Of a stretch of DNA of 64,000 bases, positions 9,249 through 18,120 are shown one piece after another; within the stretch, counting starts at the first letter, position 1; each line of letters starts with the position of its first letter. The position numbers were made by a program, and so were the translations under genes. Below the pieces are notes generated by a model. It did no database searches, was not told the DNA's origin, and was given only the letters and a program-made list of their open reading frames with translations. This stretch comes from Firmicutes bacterium UBA5286 (GTDB lineage Bacteria > Bacillota > Proteinivoracia > UBA4975), in the NCBI GenBank assembly GCA_002408465.1, contig DHSM01000016.1:10836-74835 (forward strand), read 5' to 3'.

Positions 9249-10670
9249 TTAGAGCAGGGGCTGGATGGTATGGGGAGCATTTTTTTCTTTTAATATCCTG
9301 CCCATGATTTTAACGCCTTTGATAATTTCATCCTCGCCGGCGGCGGCGTAGCTGAGGCGAATCCACTGATCATAGAGGCCGCTGGGGGCAAAGAAGCTGC
9401 CGGGGGTAATGAGGACGTCCTCCTTTAGGCACTGCTGATAGAGTTCGTCGCCGGTTATTCCCTGAGGGAGCTTAAGCCACAGGTGGAGGCCGCCGCCGGG
9501 GGCAGTAAAGCGGACTTCTTGGGGCAGGTATTCTGCCAGGGCCTTGAGGGCTGCCTGGCAGCGGGCAGAGTAAAACTTCTGCATGGCCTGGATATGCTGG
9601 TGCCAGGTCTTCTCCCGCAGATACAGGTCCAGGGTGCGTTGGAGGAGGCCTGAACTGGAGATATCGGAAAACTGTTTCGCCGCCCCGATTCCATGGTTGA
9701 GGGGGGCGGGGGAAATAGTCAGGCCTAAGCGCAGACCGGGCATGAGGATTTTAGAAAAGCTCTTGATATACATAACCTGATCTTTTGAGTCCATGGCCTT
9801 GAGGGGCTGGCGGGAAGTATGGTCAAAGGACAATTCACTGAGGTAATCATCTTCGACGATGAAAAACTGGTGCTCCCGGGCAAGGTCCAGGAGGGCCTGT
9901 TTTTTTTGGGTCGAATAGGAGTAGCCAGTAGGGTTTTGAAAGTTGGGCATGACGTAAAAGAGCCGGGGTTTGTGCCGGCGGAGCTGTTGCCTGAGCTCCT
10001 TTAGGTTGGGCCCGTCTTTTTCCAGGGGGATGGCCACTATCCTGGCCCCCCGGGACTGGAAAGAGGCGATGGCCCCGTGGTAAGTGGGGCCCTCAACGAA
10101 GATGGTGTCCCCCGGATTGGCGAGAATTTTTGCTGCCAGGTCGATGCCTTGCTGGCCCCCGGAGATGATGTGGATGTTTTCCACAGGAGTGTGGATGCCG
10201 TTGCTGATCAGGTATTCTTGCATGGCTTCCCGCAGGGGTGGCCAGCCCTGGCTCTCCTGATAGCCAAAGGCGTGCCCGCCGTCCCGGTCCAGCACCTTGT
10301 TGAGCAGGCGCTGAAAATCTGCCACGGGAAAGATCTCCGGGGTGGGAGTGGCACTGGCGAAATTGATGCCGTTGTGGGGGATATATATCTGACGGGTGGT
10401 CTCCGCCGGCGGCGCCGGGCGGACAAAGGTGCCGCTGCCCACTTTGGACCAGACATAACCTAGCTGTTCTAAATTCTTGTAGGCTGTGACTATGGTGACA
10501 TTGTTTACCTCCAGGAGTGCGGCCAGGGACCGGATGGAAGGCAGGCGGGTATCGGGGGCCAGCTGGCCTGAATCTATCGCCTCCGCCAGGGCGGAAGCAA
10601 TTTGAGTGTGAAGAGGTTCAGTGCTCTCCCTCTGCAATCGTATCGATACATTATCTAAAGGCGAACTCAT
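9249..10670 (-). CDS. MocR/GabR-family PLP-dependent transcription factor (GntR wHTH + aminotransferase domain)
   Basis: LPSIRSLA...TIVTAY..L wHTH; SFSKILMPGLRLG with PLP lysine; RBS favours ATG 10670. Confidence 0.92.
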   Translation of the reverse strand: MSSPLDNVSIRLQRESTEPLHTQIASALAEAIDSGQLAPDTRLPSIRSLAALLEVNNVTIVTAYKNLEQLGYVWSKVGSGTFVRPAPPAETTRQIYIPHNGINFASATPTPEIFPVADFQRLLNKVLDRDGGHAFGYQESQGWPPLREAMQEYLISNGIHTPVENIHIISGGQQGIDLAAKILANPGDTIFVEGPTYHGAIASFQSRGARIVAIPLEKDGPNLKELRQQLRRHKPRLFYVMPNFQNPTGYSYSTQKKQALLDLAREHQFFIVEDDYLSELSFDHTSRQPLKAMDSKDQVMYIKSFSKILMPGLRLGLTISPAPLNHGIGAAKQFSDISSSGLLQRTLDLYLREKTWHQHIQAMQKFYSARCQAALKALAEYLPQEVRFTAPGGGLHLWLKLPQGITGDELYQQCLKEDVLITPGSFFAPSGLYDQWIRLSYAAAGEDEIIKGVKIMGRILKEKNAPHTIQPLL

Positions 10671-10760
10671 TTCTAGCAAATCCCTCCTGTACCTATTGAC
10701 ACTATGCTAAGAGCATGCAATAATATTATTGGAAACAATCTAAGAGATTGTACCGATACA
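10639..10760. promoter_or_regulatory. Divergent control region: two near-copies of palindrome TGTATCGATACA plus sigmaA promoter for phnD
   Basis: CGTATCGATACA 10639-10650; TGTACCGATACA 10749-10760; TTGACA 10696-17 nt-TGn AATAAT 10719; IR ACAATCT-aag-AGATTGT 10735-10751. Confidence 0.65.
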
Positions 10761-10815
10761 TTATTATATCCTGTTAACAAGGATATGTAAAGCACTTTTG
10801 AGGAAGGTGTTACAG

Positions 10816-11688
10816 TTGAAAAAAACAGCTTTATTCTTAGCTCTGCTCATGGCGGTCACTCTTATTTCCGGCTGCTTTGGCCAGCAGAAAGAAGAAGAAT
10901 TAGTCATGGCTTTTGTGCCCATGAAGGATGCCGAGAGCCTGGTGGAGAGCGTCGAACCTTTGGCAGAGCTCCTGTCCCAGGAGTTGGGCATCAAAGTCAA
11001 GCCCTTTACCGCTGTCAACTATGTGGCGGTGGTGGAGGGACTGGGCTCGGGCCAGGTGGATTTTGGTTTTATTCCGCCTTTCAGCTATGTGCTGGCCAAC
11101 AGCGAAAGCAATGCCCAGGTAGTGTTGTCTTCCCTGCGCAAAGACGGTTCGGCAACTTACAAGGCTCAATATGTAGTGCGGACAGACAGTGAAATCGATT
11201 CCCTGGAAGATTTGGCAGGGAAAAAGATCGCCTTTGTGGACCCGGCATCTACCTCAGGGTACTTGTATCCTGCTGCCCAGCTCATCGGGCTGGGTTATGA
11301 CATTGATAAGGATTTTCAGACCATTTATGCCGGCGGCCATGACAAGGCTCTGCAGGCAGTATTAAACGGCGATGTGGATATGGCAGTAATGTTTGCCGAT
11401 GCCCGGCAGCGGTATGCTGCAGATTTCCCCGCTGCCATGGAGGAGACAAGAATCATCGGCTATACCGAGCCAATTCCCAGCGTTTCCATTACCGTGCGGG
11501 GAGATATGGATGCGGAGATGTCCGAAAGAATAGCTTCTGCCCTGCTGGCCATTGCCGAGGATCCGGAAGCTTTGGCAATATTAAAGGAGCTCTTTGACAT
11601 CCATGGTTTTGTCCGGGCTACGGACAAGGATTACCAGATAGTCAGGGAAGTTGCAGAGGCCCTGGATGTGGACCTGACGGGAGAATAG
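10816..11688 (+). CDS. phnD: PhnD/PtxB-family ABC substrate-binding lipoprotein
   Basis: Lipobox LISGC; DPASTSGYLYP, GGHDKA motifs; TTG start with RBS. Confidence 0.88.
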   Translation: MKKTALFLALLMAVTLISGCFGQQKEEELVMAFVPMKDAESLVESVEPLAELLSQELGIKVKPFTAVNYVAVVEGLGSGQVDFGFIPPFSYVLANSESNAQVVLSSLRKDGSATYKAQYVVRTDSEIDSLEDLAGKKIAFVDPASTSGYLYPAAQLIGLGYDIDKDFQTIYAGGHDKALQAVLNGDVDMAVMFADARQRYAADFPAAMEETRIIGYTEPIPSVSITVRGDMDAEMSERIASALLAIAEDPEALAILKELFDIHGFVRATDKDYQIVREVAEALDVDLTGE

Positions 11689-11709
11689 AAAAGAACTGGG
11701 GTGGAGGAA

Positions 11710-12477
11710 ATGCTGGAACTGAGGCAGGTAAACAAAAGCTTTCCAGGCGGGGTGCAGGCCCTGGCAGATGTCAGCCTCACGGTGAAGCCAGGGGAATTTG
11801 TGGTCATCGTTGGTGAAAGCGGCGCCGGCAAATCCACTTTGCTCAGGACCATCAATGGACTGGTGAGGCCGGATTCCGGTGAGGTCCTGGTCAACGGCCA
11901 TGACATCGGTTCGCTGCAGGGGAAAGAGCAGCGAAAATTGCGCCGGGGGATCGGCCTGATTTTCCAGGACTTTAACTTGGTGGAGCGCTCAACAGTGCTG
12001 ACCAATGTCCTGGCCGGGCGCCTGGGATACAATCCTGCCTGGAAGACGGTGCTGGGCAGCTTTCCTCCTGAAGATGTGGAATTAGCCCGCCAGGCTTTAT
12101 CAAGGATGGGCCTGGGGGACAAGATATTTAACCGGGCAGCGGACCTAAGCGGCGGACAAAAGCAACGGGTCAGCATTGCCCGGGCCCTGGTCCAGCAGCC
12201 CCACCTGATTTTGGCGGATGAACCTGTGGCAAGCCTGGATCCTCCCACCGCCCATGATATTATGGCCTGGTTCCGCAAGATCAACCAGGAGGAAGGAATT
12301 ACCATCCTGGTCAATCTCCACGACATTCATCTGGCCAGCCAGTATGGAGATCGGATTGTGGGAATGCGTCAGGGAGCTATTGTTTACGACGGGCCTGCTG
12401 TTTCTGTAAACGGGGAGATCTTCGCCAGCATTTACGGGCGGGCGCCGGTTGGAGATAAGTTCAATGGGGCGCTTTAA
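11710..12477 (+). CDS. phnC: PhnC-family ABC ATPase
   Basis: GESGAGKS, FQDFNLV, LSGGQKQRV, ADEPVASLDP. Confidence 0.9.
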   Translation: MLELRQVNKSFPGGVQALADVSLTVKPGEFVVIVGESGAGKSTLLRTINGLVRPDSGEVLVNGHDIGSLQGKEQRKLRRGIGLIFQDFNLVERSTVLTNVLAGRLGYNPAWKTVLGSFPPEDVELARQALSRMGLGDKIFNRAADLSGGQKQRVSIARALVQQPHLILADEPVASLDPPTAHDIMAWFRKINQEEGITILVNLHDIHLASQYGDRIVGMRQGAIVYDGPAVSVNGEIFASIYGRAPVGDKFNGAL

Positions 12478-14008
12478 GTATTTGCTTGTGCTGGCGCTGC
12501 TGGCGCTGTGCGCCTGGCAGATCGGCCTGGATCCGGTGCGAATTTGGCAGGGTCTGCCCCATATGGGGGCGCTTCTGGCCCGAATGGCCAATCCCCAATG
12601 GGACTATGCTGCCCAGGTGCTGGAGACTTTGGCCGAGACCTTGAGCATGGCTGTGGCCGGGGCACTGCTGGGAACCCTGATTGGCCTGCCCCTGGCAATT
12701 ATTGCCGCCAGGAATATCTCTCCTCATCCTGTATTGTGCAGGCTGACGCGTTGGCTGCTGGCAGGAGTGCGGACCATTCCCCATGTGGTATGGGCGGCGC
12801 TGTTGGTAACGGTGTTCAGCATCGGCCGGGGCGCTGGGGTGCTGGCCTTAAGCATCACTGCCGCCAACATTGTGGCGAAACTCTTGAGCGAGTATATTGA
12901 GAACCTTGAGGGCCGGCAGCTGGATGCCCTGAAAGGGGTGGGCGCAAGCTGGGGGGCAATGGTTGTCTACGGGGTGCTGCCAAGGATTGCAGGCCGGGTG
13001 TGGTCGCTGCTCTTCTTTGCCCTGGAAGTAAACGTCAGGGCGGCGACGGTGCTGGGCCTGGTTGGGGCCGGAGGCATCGGCCAGCTCTTGTGGCGGGATC
13101 TCAACTTTCTTCGCTATGACCGCCTGGCCACCCTGATCTTGATTCTCTTCCTTACTGTAGCAGCCATCGACGGCCTGAGCTGGCTGGCCCGAAAACTGCA
13201 AAATCTGGAGTTGCCGGGTTTGGTCTTTCGGGGGTATAAAAACTTTCGGGCCTGGCAGTGGTTGAAGCTGGCCCTGGGCGCTGTCGTGGTCGCCCTTGCC
13301 CTGGGCTGGAGCATATCCCTGCTGGGCATCAGCTGGGATCGGTTTGTCCTGGGCCTCAAACAGGGCAGCTCCATGCTGGGCAGGATGCTTACTCCCGACT
13401 GGAGCTATAAGCACCGCATGCTCCAGGGCTTGGCCGAGAGTATGTATATTGCCTTATTTGCCACTATTGCCGGCAGTCTGCTGGCGGTGCCTGCGGCCTT
13501 TTTCGGCGCCTATAATCTCTGGCGGCATAAGGCCTGGCCCGTGGCAAATAAACTGGCAGTCAATTTTATCCGCACTTTTCCCCCTGTGATTTTGGCGATT
13601 ATGTTCTTCCGGGGGGTGGGACCCGGTCCCCTGGCGGGGGCCCTGGCCCTGACCATTTACACTACTGGGGTGCTGGGGAAACTGTACGCAGAAATCGTGG
13701 AGGCGGTGGACAGCCGGGGGCTGGAGGCAATAGAGTCCACCGGCGCCACGCCTATCCAGGTTTGGGTATATGGCCTGCTGCCCCGGGTGTTGCCGGATTT
13801 TCTCGCTGCTTCCCTTTACCGGCTGGAATCTAATGTCCGCAACGCTACAATTATGGGCATAGTCGGCGCCGGCGGCATCGGCACCTGGCTGATGCTTAAT
13901 CTGTCCGCCCGCTATTGGGAGCGGGTGGGTTTGCTGCTGCTGGGGATGATTGTAACTATATTGCTGGTGGATGCCATCAGCGGATTCATGCGCCGCCGCC
14001 TCTCCTGA
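12464..14008 (+). CDS. phnE: Fused double PhnE permease
   Basis: Two tandem PhnE units (E.NVR.AT..G.VGAGGIG motif occurs twice). Confidence 0.88.
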   Translation: MGRFKYLLVLALLALCAWQIGLDPVRIWQGLPHMGALLARMANPQWDYAAQVLETLAETLSMAVAGALLGTLIGLPLAIIAARNISPHPVLCRLTRWLLAGVRTIPHVVWAALLVTVFSIGRGAGVLALSITAANIVAKLLSEYIENLEGRQLDALKGVGASWGAMVVYGVLPRIAGRVWSLLFFALEVNVRAATVLGLVGAGGIGQLLWRDLNFLRYDRLATLILILFLTVAAIDGLSWLARKLQNLELPGLVFRGYKNFRAWQWLKLALGAVVVALALGWSISLLGISWDRFVLGLKQGSSMLGRMLTPDWSYKHRMLQGLAESMYIALFATIAGSLLAVPAAFFGAYNLWRHKAWPVANKLAVNFIRTFPPVILAIMFFRGVGPGPLAGALALTIYTTGVLGKLYAEIVEAVDSRGLEAIESTGATPIQVWVYGLLPRVLPDFLAASLYRLESNVRNATIMGIVGAGGIGTWLMLNLSARYWERVGLLLLGMIVTILLVDAISGFMRRRLS

Positions 14009-14021
14009 GGCGGATTTTTTT
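13996..14021 (+). terminator. Terminator overlapping phnE stop
   Basis: CCGCCTC-tcct-GAGGCGG then A+T7. Confidence 0.75.
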
Positions 14022-14025
14022 AAAA

Positions 14026-14164
14026 AGGGAGACCCCGCTGTCGGGAGGGGAGACCCCTATTTTGAGGTTAGAGGTTAGATGTTTGATGGTGGAATTTGAG
14101 CCGAGGTGATAAGTGTAGGGGGGCGGTCTCGCCCCCTTGGTTGGATGTTAGAGGTTAGATGTTT
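14026..14164. repeat. Composite dispersed repeat copy 2 (spacer + heptamer array + GTAG REP + second heptamer array)
   Basis: GAGGTTA-type 7-mers at 14064-14098 and 14144-14164; TGTAGGGGGGCGGTCTCGCCCCCT near 14114. Confidence 0.75.
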
Positions 14165-14207
14165 ATTTGCCAGTTGGCACCCTGAATAGGGCCGGGTAAT
14201 ACACTGA

Positions 14208-14388
14208 AGCAGGCAGGAGTTGGTCAGCGTATAATAAGTAATGCTAATTGCACCATATCCTGCCACCAAACGCCGCTTCGGCCAAGTACTGCCGGCATTC
14301 ACGGTACCCGGGGCAGGTTGCCGAACTCGCCGAAGGAGGCGTTTGTTAATATACTGGACCGGGCCCTATGGCCCGGTCCAGGTCTTTT
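14208..14388 (+). ncRNA. Candidate unannotated structured RNA ending in a terminator
   Basis: Hairpin GGCAGGA/TCCTGCC, long hairpin 14268-14344, perfect 12-bp hairpin 14354-14381 + GTCTTTT; no family recognised. Confidence 0.35.
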
Positions 14389-14418
14389 AGATTTTGTGAT
14401 GTGGCCGCCTGTGCGCTC

Positions 14419-15207
14419 TTAATAGTTTAATACCTTGCGGCGGAAGCGTTTGTATACCTGATAGATTCTATTCTCTTTATATTTTTGATCTGTATTGTAC
14501 CGCTTGATAGCCCTGTGGGGAAGTCGGGAACCCATTCCGCCCTGTATGGTAAATCTGCAGGGAAAGCAACTTCCGCAGGGTCTATTTTTAGCGGGGAAAT
14601 GACAAAACCATGTCTTATCCATAATATGGGCGAAACCCTGTCTCTCTGAATCTTCTTTCATGTCGACTTTGCCCATTTGATAAAGGGGCCAGCGGAAGTG
14701 GCCAAACACGTCTAATAAGGCTTTCTGTGAGTTATGTTTGTCAATTTCCCAATAACTTAAGCCGTCATTATCGACGTAGTTCATTTTGCCCATGGTGTTT
14801 ATCATTAGATCGGTTTGGCCGCCAGTTTCGATGCCAATCTCAATGTTTTCGATGTCCTTTGCGTAGCGGGCAAGATATTCATACTGAATGCCTATCAGGA
14901 CATGCTGTCTTATTATTTCAAAGGCAGAAGATATTTCTTCATCAGGAGGAATGTTCTTTTCATTAGTGAGAATAAGCGGTTTTAACTCACATTTTGTCCT
15001 CGGGTCCCTTAAAATGTCCTCGGTAATATCCCGGATTGCACCTAATTCTTGTTTTGTAGAGCGCCGGCCGTCATAAATTATGTAATGGGGCTGTAAAATT
15101 ACGTTCATTCTTGAGAGACACAACACTCTATATGTTGAATCCCAGCCCCCCGTCCATAAAATATCGACCAACTGCTTGCAATTTGGCTTATAATTTTCAG
15201 TTGCCAA
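14419..15207 (-). CDS. QueC-like adenine-nucleotide alpha-hydrolase (PP-loop) protein, function unknown
   Basis: ILWTGGWDST PP-loop variant; C-terminal TWFCH..PCGSCFPC; AT-richer DNA. Confidence 0.7.
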   Translation of the reverse strand: MATENYKPNCKQLVDILWTGGWDSTYRVLCLSRMNVILQPHYIIYDGRRSTKQELGAIRDITEDILRDPRTKCELKPLILTNEKNIPPDEEISSAFEIIRQHVLIGIQYEYLARYAKDIENIEIGIETGGQTDLMINTMGKMNYVDNDGLSYWEIDKHNSQKALLDVFGHFRWPLYQMGKVDMKEDSERQGFAHIMDKTWFCHFPAKNRPCGSCFPCRFTIQGGMGSRLPHRAIKRYNTDQKYKENRIYQVYKRFRRKVLNY

Positions 15208-15444
15208 AATTGTTGACCCCCTTTATATTAATGATACGTAGTTCTGCATCTTGTAAGAAAATACCTCCTTATCTTTCAACTTGAAGATAATAGGACCTTT
15301 CCAGAAGTTCCCGCCTTATGAATCGATAAAAACTCAGGGGGCAGTCCAAATTGCCAGGGACAGCCCCCTGTTCTATTGAGGCCAACTCATTCAAAATGTA
15401 CAGCTGTTTGCTAAGTGCAAAATCTAATGACCCCGTAGAAAATT

Positions 15445-15505
15445 ATTATTGACAGACAATAATAGTACTGTTATATTTGAATTGTAATTATTGCATTACG
15501 ATAAT
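15445..15505 (+). promoter_or_regulatory. sigmaA promoter with two 7-5-7 operators
   Basis: TTGACA 15449-17-TGnTATATT; ATTATTG-N5-CAATAAT (15445) and ATTATTG-N5-CGATAAT (15487). Confidence 0.75.
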
Positions 15506-15521
15506 TGGAGGATGATAGAAC

Positions 15522-16490
15522 ATGAAGACTAAAACCCTGGCCATTGTATTAGGCATAGGGGCGCTGCTGAGTATTATTGCAGCCGCATACGGTCCCGCCC
15601 CTTCCGGCAGCGCAGTTACTGGGTTATTCTCTTTTCCTTTTGCTCAGATTGGAAATTTGCTGCGTGCCATGTCCCTGGCAGGGACCTTTGGCAACATAGC
15701 GGCGATCCTGCTTTATATAGCACTTGGTCTTTGTCCGATACTCCTCTTGTTGTGGCGGGTGATAAAGAAGCAAGTCCGGATTGAGGATGCTTTGCTTGTG
15801 ATCATCAGCCCTCTGCTCTTTTTTATGATGTACCTCATGGTAAATCCTGCCCTGATCCACAAGCTGTTTATTTTAGGCGGCATGGGCGAGTTCGGGAAGG
15901 CTGTTCTCGGCGGAAGCTTTTATTCTGTCCTCATTGGCTATCTAATCCTCAGGCTATTGCGCCGGATTAGCCGCAGCAAGACAGCTGAAATGCTGAAATG
16001 GCTGCAGCTGCTTTTTGCTCTTATTGCCGCTGCCCTGGTATTCAGTGTGTTTTACCTCGCTGTGACTGGGATGATTGGCACTATTCAGGAGGTAAAAAAC
16101 GCTAATACCGATCCTGCTGTTTCCTTGGCTATGACCAATACAATTATTGTTATTCGCTTTGTTTTGCAGCAAATCCCGGTTCTCCTCAGCGTTTGGGGGC
16201 TTATTTTGGCCATTAAACTCACTGCTGCTTTAAAACAGGATAGATATGGCGAAGAAGCAGTTACTGCTGCCGGCAGGCTGGGAGCATTCAGCAAACTGAC
16301 AGTGGCTGTTACTGTAATTTGCTCCATTGCCGCAAATATTTTGCAACTGATATTCAGGGGGTCTCTCAATTCTCATTTCTCTATCCATGTGCCTTTTGCT
16401 CCGCTGGTGCTCATGCTGATTATGCTTGTGTTGGCTCAATACTTTGCTGACAGCAGCAAACTGCATCAGGACAACCAACTGTTTATCTAG
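15522..16490 (+). CDS. Multi-pass membrane protein, C-terminus DUF2975/YoaS-like
   Basis: Many TM segments; ends LHQDNQLFI directly before a YozG-like HTH gene. Confidence 0.7.
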   Translation: MKTKTLAIVLGIGALLSIIAAAYGPAPSGSAVTGLFSFPFAQIGNLLRAMSLAGTFGNIAAILLYIALGLCPILLLLWRVIKKQVRIEDALLVIISPLLFFMMYLMVNPALIHKLFILGGMGEFGKAVLGGSFYSVLIGYLILRLLRRISRSKTAEMLKWLQLLFALIAAALVFSVFYLAVTGMIGTIQEVKNANTDPAVSLAMTNTIIVIRFVLQQIPVLLSVWGLILAIKLTAALKQDRYGEEAVTAAGRLGAFSKLTVAVTVICSIAANILQLIFRGSLNSHFSIHVPFAPLVLMLIMLVLAQYFADSSKLHQDNQLFI

Positions 16491-16502
16491 GAGTGGGATC
16501 CA

Positions 16503-16724
16503 ATGGCGATACAAGTTTATCTGTCTGATGTGCTCAAAGACAGGAAAATGACTTCCAAGGAATTATGTGCTCTGGTGGATATAACTGAAGCCAATTTATC
16601 AATTTTACGCTCTGGCAAGGCTAAGGGCGTGCGCTTCAGCACAATCAATAAAATTTGCTACTATTTAAAATGTGATGTGGGCGACCTCTTAAAATTTGAT
16701 GGGAATCTGGAGGATGATGAGTAA
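16503..16724 (+). CDS. Xre/Cro HTH regulator (YozG-like)
   Basis: NLSILRSGKAKGVRFSTINKIC. Confidence 0.92.
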   Translation: MAIQVYLSDVLKDRKMTSKELCALVDITEANLSILRSGKAKGVRFSTINKICYYLKCDVGDLLKFDGNLEDDE

Positions 16725-17674
16725 TGCCTAAGAAGTTAGTTTGGTTGGTTTGCGCCGTCTTGCTCTGCGCCTGTCTTGGCGGCTGTCAGTTGGCCCGGGA
16801 AGATGTCGGGGAAGAGAGTTTGTCCGGAGATAAATTTGTTGGGGTGTATATCACCTTTGACCCCCTGTATTATTTCTCAGCCGAAAACCCCTTTGAGGAG
16901 ACAAATAATCCCGATGCAGAACCGCGTTTTTATGCTACAGCGAAGCAGGTGGAAAATGATGGGTATACAACCACTACCTTCGAATTTGAAGGCATTGATG
17001 GCATTCCATTTTTTACAGCAACTGTATTAGGCGCCGATGAAAGCGCAAATTATAGGACAAGTATTATGGGACCAGAAATAATGAATCCGGCAACAGCTTA
17101 TTTCGATACTGATACAACTATAACCGGCAAAATTGACATTGTTGAGCCAACGGAAGTTGTATTGTGTATGAATCCCGTATACCAGACTAAAGACGGCAAA
17201 ATATATATGCTTCCTTGCGAAACCGGGGTTTTCATCTCCAAGGGGGCTTTAGCTACAACAACCTTGTTTGAAACGGTGACAGTAACTGAGAACGGTGAAG
17301 AAATCACTTCCAAGACATCTGTAGAATTAAGCGCAGAAGTAGTACGCAAACCAGTGAAAGAAATTTTTAAGGAAATGAACGGCCGGGATGAAACCATCCG
17401 CACAACCGAGATTACGCCAGAAAACATTCCGGATTCCATCCACCTGCAGCCCGATTGCGCCTATGTGATAGTCGAAACCCACAGCAGCGGTGAAAACGGG
17501 CTGGAAGTCACCAGAACCCTTTTGGATCTTGAGGAGGGGTATTACACCTATAAATATGAAGGGGAAAGGGGTTGCCTCATCGGCAAAATGATTGAAATCC
17601 ACAGGAACGGGATAGTTTTTAGCACTGTGACAAGTTTTGCACCGGGTCTTAGTTTTCCGGCTGAACTTCATTGA
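16724..17674 (+). CDS. Hypothetical lipoprotein
   Basis: Lipobox CLGGC; TAATG stop/start overlap with HTH gene. Confidence 0.7.
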   Translation: MPKKLVWLVCAVLLCACLGGCQLAREDVGEESLSGDKFVGVYITFDPLYYFSAENPFEETNNPDAEPRFYATAKQVENDGYTTTTFEFEGIDGIPFFTATVLGADESANYRTSIMGPEIMNPATAYFDTDTTITGKIDIVEPTEVVLCMNPVYQTKDGKIYMLPCETGVFISKGALATTTLFETVTVTENGEEITSKTSVELSAEVVRKPVKEIFKEMNGRDETIRTTEITPENIPDSIHLQPDCAYVIVETHSSGENGLEVTRTLLDLEEGYYTYKYEGERGCLIGKMIEIHRNGIVFSTVTSFAPGLSFPAELH

Positions 17675-17721
17675 TTTAAACCTTCTCTTGTGGGATAATG
17701 TGGGAAATTGGAGGTGTTGGC

Positions 17722-18120
17722 GTGAACCCGAATATTGATGTTATCAGGGACATTATGATTCAAAGGCTTTCACCCTGGATTGTGTACCTCTTTGGGTCTG
17801 CCAGCACAGGGAAAATGAGAGCTGACAGCGATTTTGATCTTGCTTTTTGCAGCGATGTGGTTAACAGTGATTATGAGGTGTTTATGGTTGCCCAGGCATT
17901 GGCGGATAAACTGGGGCGGGAAGTGGACCTGGTAGATTTGAGCAAGGCTTCCGAAGTCTTCAGGGCTGAAATTATCGGGTCCCGTAAAATTATTTATGAA
18001 AAGGATCGTCAGCGCAGATATTGGTTTGAAACCAATGTCCTTGAGGATTATGCTTTGTTAAATGAACGCCGCAAGCCGGTATTGGACCGAATCAAGGAGA
18101 GGGGGACCATTTATGACTGA
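17722..18120 (+). CDS. mntA: MNT (MntA-type) minimal nucleotidyltransferase antitoxin
   Basis: YLFGS-X10-DFD motif, REVDLVDL; own promoter TTGATT 17671-17-TGnGATAAT. Confidence 0.88.
   Translation: MNPNIDVIRDIMIQRLSPWIVYLFGSASTGKMRADSDFDLAFCSDVVNSDYEVFMVAQALADKLGREVDLVDLSKASEVFRAEIIGSRKIIYEKDRQRRYWFETNVLEDYALLNERRKPVLDRIKERGTIYD

Noticed and set aside
10816-14008. Phosphonate (C-P lyase) utilisation locus
   Set aside because: Only transporter genes; no phnG-M, phnW/X/A or ptxD in the window
14241-14390. 49-aa ORF (MLIAPYP...) across the structured segment; CGCCGAAGGAG resemblance to a glycine riboswitch
   Set aside because: No RBS and it runs through the terminator; GGAGA and CTCTCAGG aptamer elements are absent
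15207-15380. preQ1 riboswitch or true queC operon
   Set aside because: No preQ1 motif and no other que genes; only a minus-strand hairpin near 15337-15371 and an 8-codon ORF
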